Source: an uncultured bacterium (lineage in GTDB: Bacteria; Verrucomicrobiota; Kiritimatiellia; CAIKKV01; CALHGX01). Taken from it: a stretch of DNA of 64,000 bases. The notes under the pieces were generated by a model. The model did no database searches, was not told the origin of the DNA, and worked only from the letters and a program-made list of their open reading frames with translations. Made by a program: the position numbers and the translations under genes. This document shows, piece after piece, positions 37,245 through 46,205 of the stretch. Each line of letters opens with the position of its first letter. The first letter of the stretch is position 1. The DNA is taken from positions 1,715 through 65,714 of the forward strand of contig CALHGX010000023.1 of NCBI GenBank assembly GCA_938031185.1, given 5' to 3'.

Positions 37245-38582
37245 TTAGAATCCGGCGAATTCGGTTTGGCGCGGGTCTCCGGGAGAATATTCGCGATGGC
37301 CATTTCGCTGGCGTACCGTTACGGCCGGGGCGATGGCCGAGAGGCGTCCCGAGGCGAGCCCCCACACGCCCGTCGCGGCCCTCTTTGGAAATGCGCGTCG
37401 GGCGGTTTCCGGGACGATCGGCTCGGGATAGTTCACCAACAAGCCCTCGTAGTTCCTCAATACCGTGTGCGTGGGACTGGACGAGACGATGTAGTTCGGG
37501 AGCAGGGGAATCTTGCCGCCGCCGTGCGGCGCGTCCACGACGAACTGCGGGATGGCCAAGCCGCTCAGACGCCCGCGGAGGTACTCCATGATTTCGATGC
37601 CGCGGCTCAACGGGGTGCGGAAATGCTCGATGCCGCGGACGAGATCGCATTGGAAGAGGTAGTAGGGACGCACTCGCATGCGAACCAACGCGCGGCAGAG
37701 CTCTTCCATGATGAGGGGCGAATCGTTCACTCCGCGCAGGAGCACGGATTGGTTTCCGAGGGGGATGCCCGCGTCCGCCAGCCGCGTGCAGGCGGCGGCC
37801 GATTCGGCCGTCACTTCCTGTGGATGATTGAAATGGGTGTTGATCCAAAGGGGGTGATACTTGCGGAGCATGCGCGTGAGTTCTTCGGTGATGCGCTGGG
37901 GCAGGACCACCGGGGCGCGGGTGCCCAAGCGGATGATTTGCACGCTCGGCACGGCGCGCAGAGCCGCCAGGATGCGCTCCAGCAGAGAGGTGGACATGGT
38001 GAGCGGATCGCCGCCGGAAACCACCACGTCCGTGATTTCCGGGTGCGCGGCGAGGTATTGGGCGACCTCGCGCAAACGGGCCACGGAAAGAGAAGTCTCC
38101 CGGGTGCCGGCCACCCGCTTGCGGGTGCAATGGCGGCAATACATGGCGCACATGGTGGTGGAAATGAGCAGTGCGCGGTCCCGGTAGCGATGCACGAGGC
38201 CGGGCACGGGCATGTCCGCCTCCTCTTCCAGCGGATCGGGCGTGAGGAAGCTCGGATCGCAAAGTTCCTGCGCCTGCGGGACGCTCATGCGGAAGATGGG
38301 GTCCTGATAGCCCGGGACGCGAATCAGCGAAGCATAGTAGGGCGTGATCGCCAGGGGATAGCGTTCCACCACTTTCTCGATCGCGCGATGACCCCGCAAG
38401 GGGGGAAACTGCTCCGTCAGTTGCGCAAAGGACCGGATGCGGTTTCTTATCTGCCAGCGCCAGTCATCCCAGCGGGCATTTGCGCGAACGGGCGCCGGCG
38501 GCGTCTCGCTCGTCAATGCGGATGGAAGCGGAGGTTCGTCGGCGGGGGACTGTATTGACGCGGCGGCTTCCTGGCGATCCAT
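37245..38582 (-). CDS. KamA-family radical SAM enzyme, lysine 2,3-aminomutase-like
   Basis: HRYRDR, CAMYCRHCTRKR, SGGDPL, HFNHP, NQSVLLRGVND, PYYLFQCD, VDAPHGGGKIP (PLP Lys). Confidence 0.93.
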   Translation of the reverse strand: MDRQEAAASIQSPADEPPLPSALTSETPPAPVRANARWDDWRWQIRNRIRSFAQLTEQFPPLRGHRAIEKVVERYPLAITPYYASLIRVPGYQDPIFRMSVPQAQELCDPSFLTPDPLEEEADMPVPGLVHRYRDRALLISTTMCAMYCRHCTRKRVAGTRETSLSVARLREVAQYLAAHPEITDVVVSGGDPLTMSTSLLERILAALRAVPSVQIIRLGTRAPVVLPQRITEELTRMLRKYHPLWINTHFNHPQEVTAESAAACTRLADAGIPLGNQSVLLRGVNDSPLIMEELCRALVRMRVRPYYLFQCDLVRGIEHFRTPLSRGIEIMEYLRGRLSGLAIPQFVVDAPHGGGKIPLLPNYIVSSSPTHTVLRNYEGLLVNYPEPIVPETARRAFPKRAATGVWGLASGRLSAIAPAVTVRQRNGHREYSPGDPRQTEFAGF

Positions 38583-38693
38583 GGAGGCATCCTTTCTGCG
38601 TGGTGAGGGGTTTGTTATATTCCTGCGGGAGTTTTTCAAGCAACCGGCGCATGGGGCGCACGCGACGGACATTCTTTGAGCGCTGTTCATCGG

Positions 38694-39323
38694 CTATTCC
38701 AGCCAAGAGGCCACGCCATCAAGCAGCAGGCGGGGCACATCGTCCGCCAGCGCGGACAGCTCCTCCTTGTTCATCCCCAGCATGGCCAACCCCAGCATGC
38801 CCAGGGGCAGGCCGACGGCGGCGCACGCCAGACGGCGGAGATGGCCGGCATCCGCGTCGGCCTTGGCACGTTCGCTCAACATTTTTTCGATCGCGGCCAA
38901 GTGGGTGAGAAAGGGTTGTTCCATGGTGGGTGCCGTTCCACGGCGAAGGCGGCTCATCACCCGCGCCTGAAAGAGGATGGCCACCTCGTCGGGATGAGCG
39001 TGAAAGAAAGCGGCATGAGTCCGGGTGATGTGGTGGAAAGCGTCTCGGAGCGTGGCGGCCTCGGACCATCCAGGGCGCAGCGTTGCCTTCAACTGTTCGA
39101 ATACCCCCTCGACCAAGGTTATCAGCAGCGCGTACTTGTCCTCAAAATGGCGGTAGAACGTCCCTTTGCCAATGTCTGCCCGTTCCGTAATATCCTCGAT
39201 GGTGGCCGCATCCACTCCTACTTCGGCGAAAACGGCCAAGGCGGATTCCAAAAGCCTTCGCCGAGTATTTCCGGCTCTCCGGGCTGTACGCCCTTTTTGG
39301 GTATTTGCTGGCTGATCAATCAT
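38694..39323 (-). CDS. TetR/AcrR family transcriptional regulator
   Basis: ATIEDITERADIGKGTFYRHFEDK helix-turn-helix. Confidence 0.93.
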   Translation of the reverse strand: MIDQPANTQKGRTARRAGNTRRRLLESALAVFAEVGVDAATIEDITERADIGKGTFYRHFEDKYALLITLVEGVFEQLKATLRPGWSEAATLRDAFHHITRTHAAFFHAHPDEVAILFQARVMSRLRRGTAPTMEQPFLTHLAAIEKMLSERAKADADAGHLRRLACAAVGLPLGMLGLAMLGMNKEELSALADDVPRLLLDGVASWLE

Positions 39324-39349
39324 ATACTTCAGCGAATGATCTGTCGCTG

Positions 39350-39479
39350 GCGACCATACAGTCGCTTGCGGCTAAAAGGTCGTGACATATTGGGTCATGC
39401 CATCCATGAACAACAATATATGGACATTAGTGTGCGATTCATTTGCGAACAAAATAGTCATAAGCGACCAAACGGTCAA
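39350..39479 (-). promoter_or_regulatory. tetR promoter with two related palindromic operator candidates
   Basis: TTGACC-17-TATTTT (39479-39451); GCGACCATACAGTCGC at 39350-39365 and GCGACCAAACGGTCAA at 39464-39479. Confidence 0.55.
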
Positions 39480-39641
39480 TACAGAATTTTAATCTTTTTC
39501 AAACACGGTATGGAGACCGGCGACGATTCTCTCCGATGAGAAAAAATAACGCTTCATCAGGTCCGCAAACTGCTGTAATAAGTCACTAGTCTGATGGATG
39601 TGGCGCGCGTTGGTTCGACTCGTGCCGGCGGGGAGGCACCG

Positions 39642-40535
39642 ATGAAGGATGATCGGATGAGTGACAAGAGCGATTCGGAGAGCCAGGTGTGGAATGCGAT
39701 TGCCGTTTTTGAACAGATACTGCAGACACTGCCGAATGATCGTGTTTCGTTGGAAGCCCTCTCGCATGCCTATGAGCAAGTTGGGGATGCGGCCAAGGCA
39801 CGGGAGTATTTCCTGCGGCTGGCCGGCATTGTGTTGGAGGAAAAGGACTTGGATGCCGCACGGCAGCTATCCGAAAACCTCCGCCGATATGATGACGGCG
39901 ACCCGGCTGTTTCGGAAATGCAGCGCCGCATTCGAGAAAGCTTGCGGCAGACGCCGTCCCCTGTCGCGCCAGGGCCGGAGACATCCGCCCGACAGGGCAA
40001 GGCACAGGAGCGGGCCGGCGTTACGGAGGATCTCAAACGACAAAAGGCCAATATTGCCGCGGAATTGAGTTTTGCCTGGGCCCTCTACCAGGCGGGCGAA
40101 CTGACGCAGGAGGAGTACGCGACAGTGGCGCAGGATCTCACGGAGGTTTCGATGGCGCCCGGCGGCGTGACGATTTCCACGCTGCACGCGCTTCAGGACC
40201 GTAACTCCGCCAGTCTGGAGCGGGCCATTTGTTTCGCGGCTCGGGAACGCGGCACACCGGTGTTGCCGCTGCAGTTTTTTGAGGTGCAGGAGAAGACCGC
40301 GCAACTATTGCCGCTGGAGTACATGATCCGCAACGGCGTCATGGTGTTCGATCTGATTGGGAATGAGGCGCTGGTGGCGATCATGAATCCCTTCAACACG
40401 TCGTTGATGGAGGAAGTGGAAGCCAGGCTGCGCCGGAAATGCCACTTTTATCTGGCCCTGCCGGCGGATTTTGACGCCGTGATCGGCCAGATCAAGAGCA
40501 AGGTGGAAGGCGCCGCTCCTTCAGTGAGCGGATGA
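39642..40535 (+). CDS. TPR plus GspE/PilB N-terminal (MshEN-like) domain protein without an ATPase
   Basis: N-terminal TPR-like helices; C-terminal LLPLEY...LVAIMNPFN...EVEARL typical of T2SSE_N; GGAGG SD. Confidence 0.7.
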   Translation: MKDDRMSDKSDSESQVWNAIAVFEQILQTLPNDRVSLEALSHAYEQVGDAAKAREYFLRLAGIVLEEKDLDAARQLSENLRRYDDGDPAVSEMQRRIRESLRQTPSPVAPGPETSARQGKAQERAGVTEDLKRQKANIAAELSFAWALYQAGELTQEEYATVAQDLTEVSMAPGGVTISTLHALQDRNSASLERAICFAARERGTPVLPLQFFEVQEKTAQLLPLEYMIRNGVMVFDLIGNEALVAIMNPFNTSLMEEVEARLRRKCHFYLALPADFDAVIGQIKSKVEGAAPSVSG

Positions 40536-40543
40536 CGCGCCGC

Positions 40544-41251
40544 CTATTGCGAGGAACCGCCCACGCGGAGCATACGCCGCTCGCCTTTGTAGGACAGCAC
40601 CGCGCCGGCGGCCGAGACGGACTCAAGCCGGACGCCGTCAATTTCTTCACCGACCACGACCAGTACACCGTTCAAACGGGCGGCGCCGCGTCCGGATGCG
40701 CCGCCGATGACCCCCGTGAGCTGCAAAAACGGCCAGACCACCGTTTCGCGCGGGGGCGGGGCGGGTGCGCGCGGCGAAACGGCGCGCTGTGGAGCAGCGG
40801 GGCTGGCGGCGGTCGGCGGCGAGGGCGTTTCAGAAGGCTTCTCACTGTCGCCGGCTGCTGCATCGGCGGGCGGTGGCGCAGAAGCCGGAGCCGGCAGCGG
40901 AACGGCAGGGGGCGCCTCGGATGCGGGCGGGGGCCGCATCACCAAAGCCATGCCGCTGGCGACGATGCGGGAGAGAAAGTTTTCTTCCGCCGAAGCCGCG
41001 GGCGACGCTCCGCCGGTCGCCGGCGGCCAGGACAGCCATCCCATTCGGTTCAGCAGAAGCGCGCCCAAGGTGGCCAGTAACACGAAAAACAGGATCGTAA
41101 AGATGACCCGTTTCGCAGAGCCTCTTGGAGCGGCCGGCTCAGGGGCGGCCGTCGGTGCCGCTGCGGGAAGCGGCGGCGGCTCCGGAGGGGGCTTGTTTTT
41201 CAATCCCCATTGGCTCCGGTTCTTCTTGAGCGTCTCATCTATCAAGCTCAT
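40544..41251 (-). CDS. GspB/ExeB-like bitopic Pro-rich protein
   Basis: MSLIDETLKK start, one TM, Pro/Ala linker, C-terminal LQLTGV...ARLNG...VGEEIDGVRLESV beta domain. Confidence 0.6.
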   Translation of the reverse strand: MSLIDETLKKNRSQWGLKNKPPPEPPPLPAAAPTAAPEPAAPRGSAKRVIFTILFFVLLATLGALLLNRMGWLSWPPATGGASPAASAEENFLSRIVASGMALVMRPPPASEAPPAVPLPAPASAPPPADAAAGDSEKPSETPSPPTAASPAAPQRAVSPRAPAPPPRETVVWPFLQLTGVIGGASGRGAARLNGVLVVVGEEIDGVRLESVSAAGAVLSYKGERRMLRVGGSSQ

Positions 41252-42144
41252 GGACGGTTCCTGCCCTGCCCCTGAAGATCGGCGTCACCGTCCGCATCGT
41301 GATGGTGCGATTCCCGGTCGCACACATGGCGATTCTCCGCGGCGGCCAGAAAGCGCAGGATTTGTTCCGCGGATTCCGGCGGCTGTTCGCCGGTCCGCAG
41401 CATTTGCGCGCGGCGTAGCAGTCCTTCGCGGTTTGGAAAATCCCGGGCCACCGTTTCGTAGGCCTCCGCGGCACTGACGAGACGGCCGGCCGCCTCCTCC
41501 AGGTAGCCAAGATACGTCAGAATCTCGGCGCGATCGAGAGCGTGTTGTTCGGGGTCGTCGAGAGGCTGATCGGCCCATTGCGCCAACGCCGTTTTGAGGT
41601 GGTCGCGCGCGCCGGCCCATTCTCCGTGTCGAATGCACAGGCGGCCCAGCTCCATGCGCAGGCGGTAGTCCCGCGGGTTTTTTCGCAGCGCGGAGCGAAG
41701 CAATTCCTCGGCCGCGTCTCGGCGTCCGATGGCGCGGTCCAACCAGTAGGCGGCGACCAGGTGGGCCTCCACGTTGCGCGGGTCCGTGGCCGTGGCCATG
41801 CGCAACCAGGGCATGATCTCGGCGATGCGGTTGTCGGCGATATGCGCATGGGCTTCGGGAATGAGGCGCTCGCGCCAGCGACGGAAGAGGGTATCGGCCG
41901 CCACCGGCGGCGTGTGCGGCACGCCGCCGTGGAAATAGGCGTCGGCTTGTTCGTAGAAATGCGCTCCGACGGCGCGGCGGCTTTCGCCCAGCAGCCGTTC
42001 CGCGAGGTCTGCCGGCTGTTCGGAAGGGACCAGCAGGGCGCGCTCTTTGAGTTGCGCGGCGGTGATGGCGATGCCGCACAGCAGCAGCGCCATGACGAGC
42101 CAGGGATTGCGGAATGTCCAACCATGTTCTTGGTCTTGTTTCAT
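41248..42144 (-). CDS. Membrane-anchored TPR protein
   Basis: N-terminal TM, ADAYFHGG, DPRNVEAHLVAAYWL, NPRDYRLRMELG; His-rich C-terminus. Confidence 0.75.
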   Translation of the reverse strand: MKQDQEHGWTFRNPWLVMALLLCGIAITAAQLKERALLVPSEQPADLAERLLGESRRAVGAHFYEQADAYFHGGVPHTPPVAADTLFRRWRERLIPEAHAHIADNRIAEIMPWLRMATATDPRNVEAHLVAAYWLDRAIGRRDAAEELLRSALRKNPRDYRLRMELGRLCIRHGEWAGARDHLKTALAQWADQPLDDPEQHALDRAEILTYLGYLEEAAGRLVSAAEAYETVARDFPNREGLLRRAQMLRTGEQPPESAEQILRFLAAAENRHVCDRESHHHDADGDADLQGQGRNRP

Positions 42145-42208
42145 GTCGCAGTCGGCTTCGCCGAGGACGGCAGCGGGCCGCCCGCGCCGGCGAGCGCCCC
42201 CCCATGCG

Positions 42209-42994
42209 TCATTGCCATTCGCTGCGCGGGAAACGCTTGTTTCGGTACGCCAGCCAGGCCGCCATCAGCAGAACCGCGGTGAACAGGGCTCCGTAGAACA
42301 GCGTGAGCGCCACGGTGTCCCAAGGGGCAGGTCCCCAGTCGTGAACCAGGCGCCGGCGCAGGTCAAACAGTTCCAGATGCGGCATGAGGTAGTAGAGGGC
42401 GTGCAGCAGCAATCCGGTTGCGCGGCCCATGTCCGGCAGCAGCATGGGAACCTGGGGCACCACAAAGAAAGCCGCGCCGCTCAAAACGAAGGCGCCGGCG
42501 CAGGCGGCGTCGCCGTGCCACCGGGTGGAAAGCGCCAGCGCCAGGGCGGTGAGCACGGCCAACAGCGCCAGGTGGAGCAGCAGCGCCTGCAGCAGCGTGA
42601 CGGGATCGAAATGGCCTCCTCGCGCCCATACCACCGCCAGCGTCAACACGTAGAATGCCGCCAGGGCGAGCGAGGCGGCCAGCCAGGCGCCGAGCCACTT
42701 GCCGATCATGAGTTCCGCCCTCGATACCGGTTTGGCGAGGAGCGCGAAAATGGTGCCTCGCGATTCCTCCGTGGGCAGTTGGCGCGCCCCGAGCACGACG
42801 GCCAGGATCCAGCCAAAAAGCCACGCGCCCAGAAGGCCCACGTCCGCCACATAGCGGACCAGACCGGACAAACCGAACACGTTCAGGGAGACGAGCGCCA
42901 GCAGCAGTCCTCCGAGGAGGATCAGCAGCACGTAGACGTCCTTGCGCCGAATGGCCTCGAGCCACACCATGTGGGCGATGGTTCGAATGCGCAT
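42209..42994 (-). CDS. ABC-2 type transporter permease (PilI-like)
   Basis: EAIRRK, EESRGTIFALLAKPVSRAELMIGKWLG; about 6 TM. Confidence 0.88.
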   Translation of the reverse strand: MRIRTIAHMVWLEAIRRKDVYVLLILLGGLLLALVSLNVFGLSGLVRYVADVGLLGAWLFGWILAVVLGARQLPTEESRGTIFALLAKPVSRAELMIGKWLGAWLAASLALAAFYVLTLAVVWARGGHFDPVTLLQALLLHLALLAVLTALALALSTRWHGDAACAGAFVLSGAAFFVVPQVPMLLPDMGRATGLLLHALYYLMPHLELFDLRRRLVHDWGPAPWDTVALTLFYGALFTAVLLMAAWLAYRNKRFPRSEWQ

Positions 42995-42997
42995 GTT

Positions 42998-43735
42998 CTA
43001 CATCTCCCCGCGCGGTTGGGACACGACCCGGACAAAGAATTTCTCGAGACTTTCTCCCGCGGGCACGAGCTGACGGGCGGGCCCCTGCGCCGCCAGACGG
43101 CCGCCCGCCATGATGGCCAGGTGATCGCAGACGAGCTCAACCTCCGACAGCTCATGCGACGAGAAAAAAACGGTCTTGCCCGCCTCGCGCAGACGAAGAA
43201 TCAGCCGTCGAATGTCGAGCCGCGCAATGGGGTCGAGCCCGGCGGTCGGCTCGTCCAAAATGAGCAGGTCCGGATCGTTGATCAACGCCTGAGCCAAGCA
43301 GACGCGCTGGCGCATGCCGCGCGAGTAGGTGGCGATGGGCCGGTCGGCCGCCGCCGTGAGGGCGAGTTCCTCGATCAGGCGGTCGGCACGGTCGCGAAGG
43401 ATCCGACCGGACAGACGAAACAGGCGGCCGGTCATACGCAGCAGTTCGCGGCCGGACAGGAAGCGATAAGTGTCCGGGTTTTCCGGCAGATAGCCGATGC
43501 GCTCGCGAGCGATGGCGCGGCGGACATCTTCTCCGAAGAGGCTGGCGCGGCCCGCCGTGGGCGAAAGGAAACCGAGCAGGACATGCATCGTGGTGGTCTT
43601 GCCGGCGCCGTTCGGGCCAAGGAATCCGAAAACACGGCCCTCCGGCACGTCCAGGTCCAGGTCGCGAACCGCATGAACAACGGATCCGCGGGCGGCAAAG
43701 GAAACGGACAGGCCGCGGATTTCAATGGCGTTCAC
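42998..43735 (-). CDS. ABC transporter ATP-binding protein (PilH-like)
   Basis: GPNGAGKTT, YSRGMRQR, LILDEP, SSH. Likely GTG start at 43735. Confidence 0.93.
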   Translation of the reverse strand: MNAIEIRGLSVSFAARGSVVHAVRDLDLDVPEGRVFGFLGPNGAGKTTTMHVLLGFLSPTAGRASLFGEDVRRAIARERIGYLPENPDTYRFLSGRELLRMTGRLFRLSGRILRDRADRLIEELALTAAADRPIATYSRGMRQRVCLAQALINDPDLLILDEPTAGLDPIARLDIRRLILRLREAGKTVFFSSHELSEVELVCDHLAIMAGGRLAAQGPARQLVPAGESLEKFFVRVVSQPRGEM

Positions 43736-43742
43736 GATCGGC

Positions 43743-43772
43743 ATTATGCAAAAGCCGGGCCAAACCTGTCAA
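43743..43772 (-). promoter_or_regulatory. sigma70 promoter, probably giving a leaderless transcript
   Basis: TTGACA-18-CATAAT, 7 nt before GTG 43735. Confidence 0.6.
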
Positions 43773-44788
43773 TGGCCGGCCGCGCCCTGGCTTGGTGTTG
43801 CGCCACTGGTGGCCGTTATCGGACGGACCAATTCGGCGCAGGCCTTGGCGCGCAGCGCCATGCGGGTCGGATGCAGCTCGTCCTCGGGCGTCAGCAGGGG
43901 CGGAGCACCGGTGGCGATGCTGTGGAGGATGGCGCCGAAGAAATCCATGGGTTTGTCGTTTAGCGGCAGCGGGCCTTCATCCCGGTCGTTGAGAACGAGA
44001 CGGGTGCGGCTGGCGCCGTCCACGGCTTCGACGAAGCCGTGCCGGCCGAAAATGCGCAGCGCCTCGTTGCCCCAGTGTCCGAAGGCGCGGGGATTGAGGT
44101 AGTTGATGACGGCCGCGCCCACCGCGCCGTTTTCCAGCGCGAGCAGCACGGAGGCCGCGGTGCGCAAGGCGCCGGGGCGGGGGTTGGCGAGCTGCGTTTC
44201 CAAGGCGGAGACCGTACGGATGCGAACGCCCGTGACATGCTCGACAAAGCGGAAGGCATGGACGCCGACCTGCAGGAGGAGGCCGCCATCCAAGTCTTCG
44301 TCCTGCGGGCGGCCCTCGTGCATGGGATAGGACTTTTGGGCAAAGACCTGCACGATCTCGCCCAGCACCCCTTGGCGGATCAGATGGCGCATGGCGAGGA
44401 AAGGTTGTTCGAAGGCCGTGCCGGCCATCTCGTGGAAGTGCCGGCCGGTTTCGCGGGCGGCGGCCAGAATGGCGTCGAGGTCGGCTTCGTTGAGGGCGCA
44501 GGGCTTTTCGGCGTAGACATGCTTGCCGGCGCGCAGGCATCGTATGGCGTCGCGGGCCTGGTCGCAACGGCGGGGGGAGCAAAGCGAAACCAGGTCCACG
44601 TTCGGATCGGCCAACAGTTGTTCGAGCGAGGAATAGACGACGGCGGTCTCCGCGCCCGGGGTGTCCGGCGCAAGACGTGCCTTGTCGAATGCGGCCAAGG
44701 CGGTCAAGCGGATTTGGGGATAGCGGGGTAACAGGGAATGGATCTGATGCCCGTTTTCGCCGTAAAGTCCAACGCGAATGATTTTCAT
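43769..44788 (-). CDS. Gfo/Idh/MocA family oxidoreductase
   Basis: LLADPNVDLV, AGKHVYAEKP, GGLLLQVGVH; AGGAG SD. Confidence 0.9.
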   Translation of the reverse strand: MKIIRVGLYGENGHQIHSLLPRYPQIRLTALAAFDKARLAPDTPGAETAVVYSSLEQLLADPNVDLVSLCSPRRCDQARDAIRCLRAGKHVYAEKPCALNEADLDAILAAARETGRHFHEMAGTAFEQPFLAMRHLIRQGVLGEIVQVFAQKSYPMHEGRPQDEDLDGGLLLQVGVHAFRFVEHVTGVRIRTVSALETQLANPRPGALRTAASVLLALENGAVGAAVINYLNPRAFGHWGNEALRIFGRHGFVEAVDGASRTRLVLNDRDEGPLPLNDKPMDFFGAILHSIATGAPPLLTPEDELHPTRMALRAKACAELVRPITATSGATPSQGAAGH

Positions 44789-44959
44789 CTCTTCACTCCT
44801 AGCCCAAGCGATTCGGGCGTACTCTATGACAGGGCGGCCGCGTTGCCCATAGCTTTGTGCGGGCGTTCGGCGCTTGGCATGGCGCGCCCTTTTGCGCTAC
44901 CGTATCGGCGCCGCTCGACATCAGGCAGAAGGCGGCTGTTCGAAATCAGGAGGTATCGC

Positions 44960-46084
44960 GTGAACGAAGCGTTGTTTGTTCTGCCCGCGAAGGGCGTGGA
45001 AACCCGGTGGGCGACGGCGGAGAACATGGCGGCCGCCAAAGGGCAGGCGGCCCGGACGAATGCGGGGCGCAAGGGTTATCCGTTTTTTCCCCTCGACGCG
45101 GGCGAACAACGCGCGATTGCGGAAGTCAAGGGCATGAGCGGCATGGTGCGGTGGCTCTACTTCACGACGCTGGATCGCAGTCCGCTCATGTTGCGCGGCC
45201 TGCGGTTGGACATCTATTGGGACGGGGCCGCGCGGCCGGCCGTCAGTGCGCCGCTGGGCGATTTGTTCGGGCTGGGACTGGGGCTGTGCGTGCCGTTTCA
45301 GTCGGCGCTAAACGGCAGCGCGGAAGGCAAGAGTTTCCACTTGAACATTCCCATGCCTTTTCGAAAGGGCATGAAGGCTGTTGTGACAAACGAGACGGAC
45401 CGGCGGCAAGGGTGTTTTGCTTACGCGGTGGAGATGACGATCGGGGATGAGCTGCCGCCGGATGCCGGGTATTTTCACGCGCACTGGCGGCGGGAGAATC
45501 TGACGGAGTATCAGCGGGACTATGAAGTGTTGCCGCGCGTGGCGGGGCGCGGGCGTTTCCTCGGCGCCGTGTACGGCGTGCGGGTGAATCAGGAGGATTA
45601 TCTGAAGCTCTGGTGGGGGGAAGGCGAGCCGAAAATCTATCTCGACGGCGATACCGCCTGGCCTACCATCGCCGGATCAGGCATGGAGGATTATTTCGGA
45701 TCGGCTTGGGATTTTGCCGGGCCGTACGCCCAGCTTTACCATGGGTTGCCGGTGTGCGACATGGACCGGATGCGATTCTCCATGTACCGCTATCACGTGC
45801 CCGATCCGGTGTATTTCCAGAAGGATTGCCGGATGACCATTCAGCAGATGGGAAGCTGGGGGCCGACCACGCGGTTGCTCCTGCATGATCACGGCAAGCC
45901 GGTTTATCGCGCCGGCGAAGGACTGGTGGAGGAGCGGTTGAACATCGTGGATCCTGCCCGACGCTACGGTCTTTTCGAACGGCGCGACGACTGGTCGAGT
46001 TGCGCGTATTTCTACCTGGATCGGCCCGAGAACGATCTGCCGCCTCTCGCGCCGCTGGAGCAGCGTATCGCCGATTTGAACTGA
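44960..46084 (+). CDS. DUF2961 / GH172-like glycoside hydrolase
   Basis: IYWDG..PAVSAPLGDLFG, PMPF, YFHAHWRR, WWGEGE, GSGMEDYF, YRYHVPDPVYF. AGGAGG SD before GTG. Confidence 0.88.
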   Translation: MNEALFVLPAKGVETRWATAENMAAAKGQAARTNAGRKGYPFFPLDAGEQRAIAEVKGMSGMVRWLYFTTLDRSPLMLRGLRLDIYWDGAARPAVSAPLGDLFGLGLGLCVPFQSALNGSAEGKSFHLNIPMPFRKGMKAVVTNETDRRQGCFAYAVEMTIGDELPPDAGYFHAHWRRENLTEYQRDYEVLPRVAGRGRFLGAVYGVRVNQEDYLKLWWGEGEPKIYLDGDTAWPTIAGSGMEDYFGSAWDFAGPYAQLYHGLPVCDMDRMRFSMYRYHVPDPVYFQKDCRMTIQQMGSWGPTTRLLLHDHGKPVYRAGEGLVEERLNIVDPARRYGLFERRDDWSSCAYFYLDRPENDLPPLAPLEQRIADLN

Positions 46085-46205
46085 CCGCGGAATGCGCGGC
46101 GGTTTCCTTCGACTGCGGCGCAGGAGCGGATCGAGGTCAGGATAGAGGCGGCGGGGGCGCAACGCTTTCGCGTTCGATGAGCCCCACCGGCGGAACCAAT
46201 ACGGT

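Noticed and set aside
37120-38262. Alternative-frame ORF inside kamA ending in an ATGA overlap with the ligase gene, suggesting a frameshifted kamA extension
   Set aside because: KamA is complete in its own frame, and any ATG-A start creates a TGA in that frame by chance.
37245-38582. Calling KamA an EF-P modification enzyme (EpmB) or a glutamate 2,3-aminomutase
   Set aside because: It is long and LAM-like with both lysine-binding Asp residues, and there is no efp or epmA nearby.
44880-44896. Possible sigma54 promoter TGGCGCG...TTGC upstream of the GH172-like gene
   Set aside because: GG-to-GC spacing is 11 nt rather than the strict 10 nt.
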